The translations under genes were made by a program, and so were the position numbers. Positions 26,852-34,824 of a stretch of 54,895 bases of DNA are shown in pieces. Below the pieces are notes generated by a model. It did not search any database, was not told the DNA's origin, and saw nothing but the letters and a program-made list of their open reading frames with translations. Position 1 is the first letter of the stretch, and each line of letters starts with the position of its first letter. The stretch comes from an uncultured Akkermansia sp. GTDB taxonomy: Bacteria > Verrucomicrobiota > Kiritimatiellia > RFP12 > JAAYNR01. The stretch is from contig CAZOJL010000006.1 of the NCBI GenBank assembly GCA_964580075.1, positions 1 to 54,895 on the forward strand, read 5' to 3'.

Positions 26852-27880
26852 GTGAATAGGCGCATATCAAACACCGCCGAAGACCGTTTGCTGGTGGCCC
26901 TCCAGAAGGGACTGCCACTCGAGGCGCGGCCTTTTGCCCGTATCGGCGACGACCTCGGCGACGACCTCGGATTGACCGAAGAGTCCGTGCTCGCCCGGGT
27001 TCGAGGGCTTTTCGAGACCGGCGTGGCGCGCCGGTTCGGCGCGGTGTTCGACTCGCAGAGCCTCGGCTACGAAAGCACCCTCTGCGCAGCCGAGGTGCCG
27101 GCGCCTGACGTGGCGCCGGCCGTCGCCCGGATCGTTCCGCATCCGGGCATCACCCACTGCTACGAACGGGAAGGCCACCCCAACCTGTGGTTTACCCTGA
27201 CCGCGCCGGCGGACGCGCTGCTGGCGGAACTGGCGCGCGTCTCGTCCGCCTTGGGCCGTTATACCGTGCTCAACCTGCCGGCGTTGCGCAAGTTCAAAAT
27301 AGAGGCCGTGTTCGGGCAACAGGCGGAGGCTCCCGTCCCGCGCGCCAAGTCCTTCGCGCCGACCGGAACCGCCGCCCCGCTCACGGCGCGCGAGCGGCAG
27401 GTCGTGCGGCGCCTGCAGGCGAACCTCGCTGTCGACGCCGACCCGTTCGGCGTCCTGGCACAGGAACTCGGCTTCGCCCCCGCCGATCTGCTCGCGCTGC
27501 TCACGCGGTGGGAGGCCACCGGGGTGATCCGGCGCATCGGCCTGATCCTGCGTCACCGGGAACTGGGCCTTGCCGCCAATAGCATGTGCGTCTGGGCCGT
27601 CGCCGCCGATCGGATTGAGGCCGCCGGCGCGTCCATGGCGCGCAGCCCGCACGTCTCTCACTGTTATGAACGCCCGTCGTTCGAAGCCTTCCCCTTCAAC
27701 CTGTATGCCATGATCCACGCCACAACGCGCGCGGAGGCCGTCGGCTTTTTTGAACGGCTCGGCTCGGACGCCGGACTCGCCGACGGGCGCATGCTGTGGT
27801 CGGCCCGCGAGTTCAAGAAATCAAGCCCCGTGTTTTTCTGCGAACCGTCTCCCGCGCTCGAAAGGCCAGGTCCGGCATGA
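26852..27880 (+). CDS. ahbAB: Fused siroheme decarboxylase (AhbA/AhbB, NirD/L-like)
   Basis: 342-aa ORF with a GTG start. Two tandem Lrp/AsnC-like halves (LQKGLPLEARPF.. and LQANLAVDADPF..), each followed by a CYER motif, as in NirDL/AhbAB. Confidence 0.7.
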   Translation: MNRRISNTAEDRLLVALQKGLPLEARPFARIGDDLGDDLGLTEESVLARVRGLFETGVARRFGAVFDSQSLGYESTLCAAEVPAPDVAPAVARIVPHPGITHCYEREGHPNLWFTLTAPADALLAELARVSSALGRYTVLNLPALRKFKIEAVFGQQAEAPVPRAKSFAPTGTAAPLTARERQVVRRLQANLAVDADPFGVLAQELGFAPADLLALLTRWEATGVIRRIGLILRHRELGLAANSMCVWAVAADRIEAAGASMARSPHVSHCYERPSFEAFPFNLYAMIHATTRAEAVGFFERLGSDAGLADGRMLWSAREFKKSSPVFFCEPSPALERPGPA

Positions 27881-28701
27881 GCGCGCGCACCGGCATCCTG
27901 TTTGCCACGCCCGGCTCGACCTGCCCCACGGCGGCGGACGTGTACGATCATCTGGAGCGCGCGGCTTCCCACCGCTTTCCGGGGGTGACCCCGCATTGGT
28001 GTTTCACGTCGGGGCCCGTCCGCCGCAAACGGGCCGAGCAAGGCCTCCCCGCGCAAGACCCCGCGACGGCGCTCGCCGTGCTGCAGGCCGAGGTCTACAC
28101 CCATGTGGCGGTCATGCCCCTGCATCTTGCGAATGGACTGGAGTTCCGCGAACTGGCCGAACAGGTGAGCGCTTGGGCACACCGTCCGGGTACCGCCCTG
28201 ACGGTGGCGATGGGGCATGCGCTTCTCACCTCCGACGCCGACTGGAAACGCACGCTCCAGGCCCTGCTCGCGTCTCTGCCGCAGGCGCCCGGGGAACACG
28301 ACCGGGTCATCCTGGCCGTGCACGGCAGTCAAGATCCCGAGGGACAACGCACGCTCCGGGAGGCGGCCCGCCTCTGCGGCACGGTTGACCCGCGCCTCAT
28401 GCTGGGCATGCTGCTCGGGAAGCCCGACCTGGCCGACGTGCTGCGCGCCTGCACCGCGGCCGGCGTGAGGAAAGCCTGGCTGCTTCCCTGCATGATGGTG
28501 GCCGGATACTCGGCTCGCGAGGTGATCACCGGAAGCGGCGAACAGGCGTGGGCCGTCGCCCTGCAACGCGCCGGCATCGAAACGATCCCCGTCCTTCGGG
28601 GGCTGGGCGAGATTCCCGGTGTCGTCGCCGTCTGGATGGATCACCTCGAACACCTGCTGGCCGCGCTGGCCGCGCCGCCCCAACACCCGGAGAGCCCGTG
28701 A
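27877..28701 (+). CDS. CbiK-type sirohydrochlorin chelatase (likely ferrochelatase in this context)
   Basis: ATGA overlap. GILFATPGS..WCFTS, PLHLANGLEF and ILAVHGS match the CbiK pattern. Sits between ahbAB and sirC. Confidence 0.6.
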   Translation: MSARTGILFATPGSTCPTAADVYDHLERAASHRFPGVTPHWCFTSGPVRRKRAEQGLPAQDPATALAVLQAEVYTHVAVMPLHLANGLEFRELAEQVSAWAHRPGTALTVAMGHALLTSDADWKRTLQALLASLPQAPGEHDRVILAVHGSQDPEGQRTLREAARLCGTVDPRLMLGMLLGKPDLADVLRACTAAGVRKAWLLPCMMVAGYSAREVITGSGEQAWAVALQRAGIETIPVLRGLGEIPGVVAVWMDHLEHLLAALAAPPQHPESP

Positions 28702-29228
28702 TGCGCAATGAAACTGTGACACGTCCGATTCTACCCGTCAGCCTGCTGATTGCGGGCAAACGCTGCCTCGTCGTGGGCGGGGGGCAGATCGCCACGCGTA
28801 AAACGGGACACCTGCTGGATGCGGAAGCCGACGTGACGGTGGTCTGTCCGGACGCGTCCGAGGCGATCGCCACCCTCGCGCGCAGCGGCAGAATCAGGCT
28901 GGTATTGCGCGCCTTCTCCGAATCCGACGTGACGGGGCAGTATCTGGTGTTCGCGACGACCGACAACCCGGACGTGAACCGACGTGTCATCGCGTGCTGC
29001 CACGCGCAGGGCGTGCTGTGCAGCGCCTCCGACAGCAACTGGCCGGATGGCGATCTCGTCGTGCCGGCCATCTGCCGGAAGCACGGCGTGGTGGTTTCGG
29101 TTGCCACGGGGGGCCGGTCATGCCGGCTGGCACGCCACGTGAAGGACAAGATCGCCGAATGGCTGACATCCCTGACGGACGAAACAAGCGGGAGAGACAA
29201 TCATGACGACAGCCAGGATGACGTTTAA
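28701..29228 (+). CDS. sirC: Precorrin-2 dehydrogenase (SirC / CysG N-terminal domain-like)
   Basis: LPVSLLIAGKRCLVVGGGQIATRK Rossmann motif typical of siroheme synthase N-domains. Stop/start overlap with the upstream gene. Confidence 0.75.
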   Translation: MRNETVTRPILPVSLLIAGKRCLVVGGGQIATRKTGHLLDAEADVTVVCPDASEAIATLARSGRIRLVLRAFSESDVTGQYLVFATTDNPDVNRRVIACCHAQGVLCSASDSNWPDGDLVVPAICRKHGVVVSVATGGRSCRLARHVKDKIAEWLTSLTDETSGRDNHDDSQDDV

Positions 29229-31338
29229 GGCCGGGACGCGGAGCAGTCCGCTGGCCCGGATTCAGACCCATGACGCGCTGGCCCGGATAACGGCGTGTTT
29301 GCCGATGTGCGCGTTTGTGGAGGTGCCCATCTCGTCGCCGGGAGACCGCGATCAGGCGACGGACCTGCGTGAAAGCCCGGCCGATTTCTTCACACAGGAT
29401 CTCGACCGTCAGGTGCTGGACGGCGAACTCGACTGTGCCGTGCATAGCGCCAAGGACCTGCCCGATCCGGTGGCGGCGGGGCTGGACTGGTGCTGGTTGC
29501 CCTGGCGGGAGGATCCCCGCGATGTGCTGGTTCTGCCGCGCGGCCGGAGTCTGACCGAGTTCACCCCCGGTTTCACAATCGGAGTCAGCAGTGAGCGCCG
29601 CGCGGCCTACTGTCGCTCCCGCTTCCCCCAGGCCCGCCAACAGCCGATCCGCGGCACGATCGAGGATCGGCTCCAGCAGGTAGATCGACACGACTTCGAC
29701 CTGATCATCATGGCGGGCGCCGCCCTCAATCGCCTCGGCCTGCAGGATCGTTGTAGCGAATGGATCCCGGCCCACGCGCTGCCCCCGCCTGACGGACAGG
29801 GGTCGCTGGCGCTGACGTTCCGCGCCAACGATGCGCGCTTTCAGCACATCCGCCGGTTGTTTGTGAGCAGCGTGACGTTCGCTGCCGCGGGCGCGGGATC
29901 GGCCGGCGCCCTGACGCGCGACGCCCTCCATGCCCTGGAGCGCTGCGACGTGTGCCTGCACGACACCCTCCTCGGCCACGATGTGTTCGATCTGCTGCCG
30001 CCAACCGTGAACTGCATCGATGTCGGCAAACGATGCGGCAAGCACAGCACGCCGCAGGACGAGACGACCTACCTGATCACCCGCTACGCGCGCCGCGGCC
30101 TCACCGTCGTGCGGCTCAAAGGCGGCGACCCGGGGATCTTTGGCCGGCTGGCGGAAGAGGTCGATGCACTGGACGCCCTCCACCTGCCCTACCGTGTGCT
30201 GCCGGGTGTGAGCAGCATGAGCGCCGCCACCTCGGGCACCGGCATGTTGCTCACGCGGCGCGGCGTCTCGCGCGGGTTCACCGTGCTGACCCCCCGCACG
30301 GAGGGGGGCGGCATCGGCTCCGTGGCCGCGGACGAACGCCGCCGTCTGCCGCTGGTCTTCTTCATGGCCCTGTCCGTGGCGGACGACGTGGCCCGCCAGT
30401 TGATCGGCGAGGGCATGTCCCCGGAAACACCGGCAGCGGTCGTGTTCGCCGCCGGCAGCGACCAGTCGCGCATCCTCGCAGGGACGCTGGCCGACATTGC
30501 AGCGCGCATTCAGGCCGCGGAAACCGGGCAGCCCGGCCTGCTCATCGTCGGCGAAGCGGCAACGTACCGCTACCGGAATTGGGGCGCCCTGGAGGGGCGC
30601 CGGGTCCTGCTGACCGCCAGTCAAGCCCTGCAGGACAAAGCGGCGGATCGGGTTACGGACTGGGGCGGAATCCCCGTGTGCCGTCCCCTCTTCAAACTGG
30701 AAGCCACGTCCGACGCGCTGGACGCCATCCGCCGGATCAGCACCTATGACTGGGTCGTCCTGACGTCTCCCTCGGCGGTACGCTGCTTCGGCGAGCTGCT
30801 GCAACGCGCCCGGATCGATTTGCGCACCGTCCCGTACCTGGTCACGTGCGGCGGAGGCACGTCACACGCGCTCGCGCCCCTGAGGCTGAAGGCCGACATC
30901 GCCCCGTCCTCGCAGTTCAGCGCGGACAGCCTCCTCGACACGGTCAAACCGCTTGTGAAACCGGGTCTGCGCATCCTGAGATTGCGCTCGGACAAGGCCG
31001 GAACCGGGTTGGCCCAAGCCCTGCGCGCCCAGGGCGCCCAGGTGGACGATGTGCTGCTGTATCGCAACCTGCCGATCCCGCAGGCCGAGAAGCCCGATTT
31101 CGAGGTGGCCTTCTTCGCCAGCGCCTCCGCCGTCGAAGCCTATGCCGCGCAGTGGGGCGTCGCCACGCTGCAGGGCACGGTGGTGGTCGCGATCGGCAAG
31201 CCCACCCTGACCGCCCTGCAGACCTGCGGCGTCACGGCAGACCTGGTGCCGCCCGAGGCGACCGTCGAATCGAGTTTCGCGTGTCTGGCCGAATACTGCG
31301 TCCGTCACAACCTGGCCGAGACTCATTCAGGACCTTGA
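29203..31338 (+). CDS. Triple fusion: HemC-like domains 1-2 (no domain 3), uroporphyrinogen-III C-methyltransferase (CobA/SUMT), and uroporphyrinogen-III synthase (HemD)
   Basis: N-terminus GTRSSPLARIQT, AVHSAKDLP, SSERRAAY, IRGTIEDRL (HemC signatures). Then AAAGAGSAGALT..CLHDTL..LKGGDPGIFGR..LPGVSS (SUMT). The C-terminal roughly 240 aa is HemD-like. Confidence 0.7.
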   Translation: MTTARMTFKAGTRSSPLARIQTHDALARITACLPMCAFVEVPISSPGDRDQATDLRESPADFFTQDLDRQVLDGELDCAVHSAKDLPDPVAAGLDWCWLPWREDPRDVLVLPRGRSLTEFTPGFTIGVSSERRAAYCRSRFPQARQQPIRGTIEDRLQQVDRHDFDLIIMAGAALNRLGLQDRCSEWIPAHALPPPDGQGSLALTFRANDARFQHIRRLFVSSVTFAAAGAGSAGALTRDALHALERCDVCLHDTLLGHDVFDLLPPTVNCIDVGKRCGKHSTPQDETTYLITRYARRGLTVVRLKGGDPGIFGRLAEEVDALDALHLPYRVLPGVSSMSAATSGTGMLLTRRGVSRGFTVLTPRTEGGGIGSVAADERRRLPLVFFMALSVADDVARQLIGEGMSPETPAAVVFAAGSDQSRILAGTLADIAARIQAAETGQPGLLIVGEAATYRYRNWGALEGRRVLLTASQALQDKAADRVTDWGGIPVCRPLFKLEATSDALDAIRRISTYDWVVLTSPSAVRCFGELLQRARIDLRTVPYLVTCGGGTSHALAPLRLKADIAPSSQFSADSLLDTVKPLVKPGLRILRLRSDKAGTGLAQALRAQGAQVDDVLLYRNLPIPQAEKPDFEVAFFASASAVEAYAAQWGVATLQGTVVVAIGKPTLTALQTCGVTADLVPPEATVESSFACLAEYCVRHNLAETHSGP

Positions 31339-31617
31339 GTGGAGCAAGCGCGGCGGAAAGTGGCGGACGCCCTCATTCACGGCAAGGCGCTCCGCATAGA
31401 AGGTGGCGCCGTGTTCCTGGATGAAATCGGCGATATCAGCCCGGCGATGCAAGTCCGCCTCCTGCGCGTGCTCCAGGAAAGGACCTACGAACCCCTGAGC
31501 GGCACGCACACGCGACACGCCGACGTGCGCGTCATCGCCGCCACCCATCGCGATCTGGTCGCGCTGATCCGCACAGGCACCTTTCGGGAAGACCTCTTCT
31601 ACCGATTGAACGTCCCT
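31339..31617 (+). pseudogene. Remnant of a sigma-54-dependent (NtrC-family) activator AAA+ domain
   Basis: GGAVFLDEIGDISPAMQVRLLRVLQERTYEPLSG..VRVIAATHRDL..GTFREDLFYRLNV. Walker A, GAFTGA and the HTH domain are missing. Confidence 0.6.
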
Positions 31618-31790
31618 CTCGGGATGGCCGTTCCCGTCGGGAAGCCACATAAAGTCGCATACTGCACTTCTATGCGTGTCGGACAGTCGCGTATACGCGA
31701 CTCCGCCCATGTTTTGCCTCCCTGCCACTCTATGTGCATCCCTCTGCGCACAAACATGTTGCGCGAATTCCGCGTGTTCGTACTGCGCCT

Positions 31791-31806
31791 TGGCACGGTT
31801 CGTGAT
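31791..31806 (+). promoter_or_regulatory. Weak sigma-54-like promoter upstream of the NifX-like gene
   Basis: TGGCACGgttcGTGAT. The -24 element is perfect and the -12 element is poor (TGA instead of TGC). Lies 36 nt upstream of the ATG at 31842. Confidence 0.25.
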
Positions 31807-31841
31807 ATAGACTATGGCATGAAGCTGAGGAATGGCAACTG

Positions 31842-32201
31842 ATGAAAATCGCGATTACTGCAACGGGCAAGGAAATGACGAGCAACGTGGATCCGCGGTT
31901 CGGACGCGCGAAGTATTTCATTGTCGTGGAGACGGATACGAACGAGTCGGCGGCGCATGACAACGCGCAGAACTTGAATGCCGCGCAGGGTGCGGGGATT
32001 CAAGCCGGTGAAACGGTTGCGCGACTGGGGGCAAGAGCCGTCGTCACGGGCAATGTCGGCCCCAAAGCGTTTCGCATTCTGAATGCGGCGGGGATCAAGG
32101 TTTACCTGTCGAAGCAAGGCACGGTGGCTGACGCCATACGCACGTTCAAGGCGGGCGAGTTGAAGGAGACTACGGTGGCCAATGTCGAAGGACATTGGTG
32201 A
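31842..32201 (+). CDS. NifB/NifX-family (dinitrogenase FeMo-cofactor-binding fold) protein
   Basis: MKIAITATG..VDPRFGRAKYFIVVE..AVVTGNVGPKAF..GIKVY. Typical of the family. Confidence 0.75.
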   Translation: MKIAITATGKEMTSNVDPRFGRAKYFIVVETDTNESAAHDNAQNLNAAQGAGIQAGETVARLGARAVVTGNVGPKAFRILNAAGIKVYLSKQGTVADAIRTFKAGELKETTVANVEGHW

Positions 32202-32237
32202 AAGCAAACAGAAAACACGACCAGAAAGGAGGCAGCA

Positions 32238-32489
32238 ATGCCAGCAAGAGACGGAACGGGACCGACAGGAGCAGGACCGAGAACAGGACAGGGAATGGGT
32301 GGTGGAGGAGGCTCAGGAGCCGGTCAAGGACAGGGCCGGGGCCGGGGCCGTATGGGCGGATTTGCCATGGGACCTGGAGGAAACTGTGTTTGCCCGAAAT
32401 GCGGCAAAACCGTTCCGCATCAGCGTGGCGCGCCCTGTACGCAGGTGAAATGCCCTGCTTGCGGTGCGGCGATGACAAAAGAGCGGTAA
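32238..32489 (+). CDS. DUF5320-like Gly/Arg-rich small protein with a C-terminal zinc-ribbon-like CxxC..CxxC
   Basis: MPARDGTGP..GRGRGRMGG..CVCPKCG..CPACG. Usual partner of NifX-like/MinD-ferredoxin clusters. Confidence 0.6.
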   Translation: MPARDGTGPTGAGPRTGQGMGGGGGSGAGQGQGRGRGRMGGFAMGPGGNCVCPKCGKTVPHQRGAPCTQVKCPACGAAMTKER

Positions 32490-32831
32490 GAACCGCTTCC
32501 CAGGCGGTTTGAGGTCGAGTTGTCGCTCAGCGCATGGAATCAGCCTAAATCCGGCAGTTCATCTTCACCATTCGCTCTAAGTAACCAGTGATCAGTGGGC
32601 TTCGCACCAAATGGTGATGCCTCTGGTTATGCATATGGCATTGGCCGCCAGGTTCTACACGGCACGAGAGGTTATCGTGACGCCCAAGCAGGCCGGTTTC
32701 TATCTGGATCGGGCGACAAGCTGTCGGTTTGAGGGACCTGACCAAACGGTCGAGCGGTATACGTATCCGCGCGAGGGCATGGCGAAAGGCGCTGGTTTCA
32801 TGGGTATGCGATTTAACAAAGGAGAACAACA

Positions 32832-33263
32832 ATACCGGAATTTGGATCGCCCTTCTCAGGGCTAGCAAACGACAGGAAACTCACGGAGTCTGAACTCATA
32901 AGGGCCATTCGGTTCATGGTGGCCGCAGAGTACAATGGCGCTTACTTAAGGGGCTATTGCCATCTTAATCATAATCCTAATCTTGATCTTAATCTCCTGG
33001 TGGAGAACGGATTACGATTAAGATTATGATTATGATCGGAAGCATCGCTTAAGTAAGCGCCATTCGCCGCAGAGTACGAAGCGATTCAGTTGTACATGCA
33101 GCTTGCAGAGTCAACAGACAACAAACTCGCCATCGAAGTGCTCAAGGATATCGCCGACGAAGAACGCGTTCACGCAGGCGAGTTCCTTCGTCTCCTCCGT
33201 GAGCTTGCCCCAGATGAAGAGAAGTTCTATGCTAAGGGGGCAAAGGAAGTCGAAAAACCATGA
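32832..33263 (+). pseudogene. Ferritin-like/rubrerythrin-like small protein gene disrupted by a MITE; ATA at the expected start position
   Basis: The two halves read (I)PEFGSPFSGLANDRKLTESELIRAIRFMVAAEY and EAIQLYMQLAESTDNKLAIEVLKDIADEERVHAGEFLRLLRELAPDEEKFYAKGAKEVEKP. A 132-nt insert introduces a TGA. GGAG lies 7 nt before ATA 32832. Confidence 0.6.
32934..33065. mobile_element. MITE-like hairpin element with 17-bp perfect terminal inverted repeats and a 12-bp flanking duplication
   Basis: TIR AATGGCGCTTACTTAAG / CTTAAGTAAGCGCCATT. AT-rich internally self-complementary body (ATCTTAATCATAATCCTAATC.. / ..GATTAAGATTATGATTATGAT). GCCGCAGAGTAC repeated at 32922-32933 and 33066-33077. Confidence 0.65.
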
Positions 33264-33273
33264 AAGGACAGGC

Positions 33274-34632
33274 ATGAGCATGAAAACGGCGGATATTGTT
33301 GTGGTTGGCGGCAGTGCGGCGGGCGTGACGGCTGCTATTACCGCGAGGCGTCACTACCCCGGTAAAAGCGTCTTGTTGGTGCGGAAAGAGAAGCAGGTGC
33401 TGATTCCCTGCGGCATTCCCTATATCTGCGGCACGGTGGGGAGCCCGGACAAGAACCTTATTCCCGACGCCGTCTTGGAAAAGGAACAGGTCGAACTCCT
33501 TGTCGCGGAAGTGACCGCCATCGACCGCGAGCGGAAAAGGGTAACCACCGCGTCAGGCGAGGTCGGGTATGACCGTCTGATCGTTGCCACCGGGTCGCTT
33601 CCAGTTACCCCGCCCATTCCGGGCGCGACTATGGACGGCGTGTTCACGATTCTCAAGGATGAGGACTACCTGCGCCGGATGCAGGAGTGCCTGAAAACCG
33701 CCCGCGATGTTGTGGTTGTGGGCGGCGGCTTCATCGGAATCGAATTTGCCGATGAGATTCGCAAGACAGGCGGAAAGACCATTACGATCATCGAAATCGC
33801 GCCTCACTGCCTGAGTCTATCCTACGACGAGGAGTTCTGCGTCGAAGCCGAGCAGGTGCTGCAGACCAACGGCATTCGGATTCTGACCGCGACCAAGGTT
33901 GCCGGCTTTGCAGGCAACGACCGTGTGACCGGCGTAAAGCTCTCCAACGGCGAAACCCTCACGGCGGACGTGGTCATTCTGGGAACCGGCTCGAAGGCCA
34001 GCGCGGAACTGGGGAAAGCCGCCGGTCTACGCATCGGGGCCACGGGCGCCATTGACGTGGATCGCACGATGCGCACTTCCGACAAGCACATCTTCGCGTG
34101 CGGAGATTGCGCGGAGAAGATATCGTTCTTCGGCGGCGGACATTCCACGCTGAAGCTTGCCTCCATCGCCACGCTCGAAGCGCACATTGCGGGCGCGAAC
34201 CTGTTCGGCATCACACGCGAGAATCCCGGCACGGTGGGAGTCTGGGCCACGGCATTGGGCGATTTCGCGCTGGGCACGGCGGGACTGACCGAGACGATGG
34301 CGAAGGCCCTCGGATATGACGCAGTGGCCGCGACCGTCGAGGGGCCGAATCGGCATCCGGCCGGAATGCCGGGCGGTGCCATGACCAAGGTCAAGCTGGT
34401 CTTCGAGTCCAACTCCAGCGTGCTCCTGGGCGGCCAGGTCCGAGGCAACGCGGTCGCGGGAGAGATCATCAACACGATCTCCGCCTGTGTGCAGAAGCGC
34501 ATGACCGCTGAAGACATCGCCACATTCCAGATGGGTACCCATCCGGCGTTGACGGCCTCGCCCATCGCCTATCCGCTGGTCAACGCTGCGGAGTTGGCCA
34601 TCGGAGAGATCAGAAAAAGGAAAGGAGCCTGA
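33274..34632 (+). CDS. FAD-dependent pyridine nucleotide-disulfide oxidoreductase (NADH oxidase / CoA-disulfide reductase family)
   Basis: Starts MSMKTADIVVVGGSAAGVTAA (FAD GxGxxG). Single redox Cys context LIPCGIPY. Second Rossmann VVVVGGGFIGIE. CGDCA motif. Confidence 0.8.
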   Translation: MSMKTADIVVVGGSAAGVTAAITARRHYPGKSVLLVRKEKQVLIPCGIPYICGTVGSPDKNLIPDAVLEKEQVELLVAEVTAIDRERKRVTTASGEVGYDRLIVATGSLPVTPPIPGATMDGVFTILKDEDYLRRMQECLKTARDVVVVGGGFIGIEFADEIRKTGGKTITIIEIAPHCLSLSYDEEFCVEAEQVLQTNGIRILTATKVAGFAGNDRVTGVKLSNGETLTADVVILGTGSKASAELGKAAGLRIGATGAIDVDRTMRTSDKHIFACGDCAEKISFFGGGHSTLKLASIATLEAHIAGANLFGITRENPGTVGVWATALGDFALGTAGLTETMAKALGYDAVAATVEGPNRHPAGMPGGAMTKVKLVFESNSSVLLGGQVRGNAVAGEIINTISACVQKRMTAEDIATFQMGTHPALTASPIAYPLVNAAELAIGEIRKRKGA

Positions 34633-34824
34633 TTGGCGCGAACATCGGCGCACCGGTGGGAGCGTTGGTTGTGAAACGCGGAAGAAGGTCACAGGCAAGG
34701 TTGAAAATGAACAGGTTACAGGTTTATTCGCGCGCACCCAAGGGTGAACAGGCCCCATTTGCATAATCGATTGCAACCCAAGCCTTACAGCCTCACAGTC
34801 TTCCGCCCTTTTTAGGTTGCCCTG

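Noticed and set aside
32611-32865. 84-aa ORF (and the antisense 107-aa ORF) between the DUF5320 gene and the ferritin-like pseudogene
   Set aside because: No motif or family was recognised, there is no clear RBS, and it overlaps the SD/start region of the ferritin-like gene. Left unannotated.
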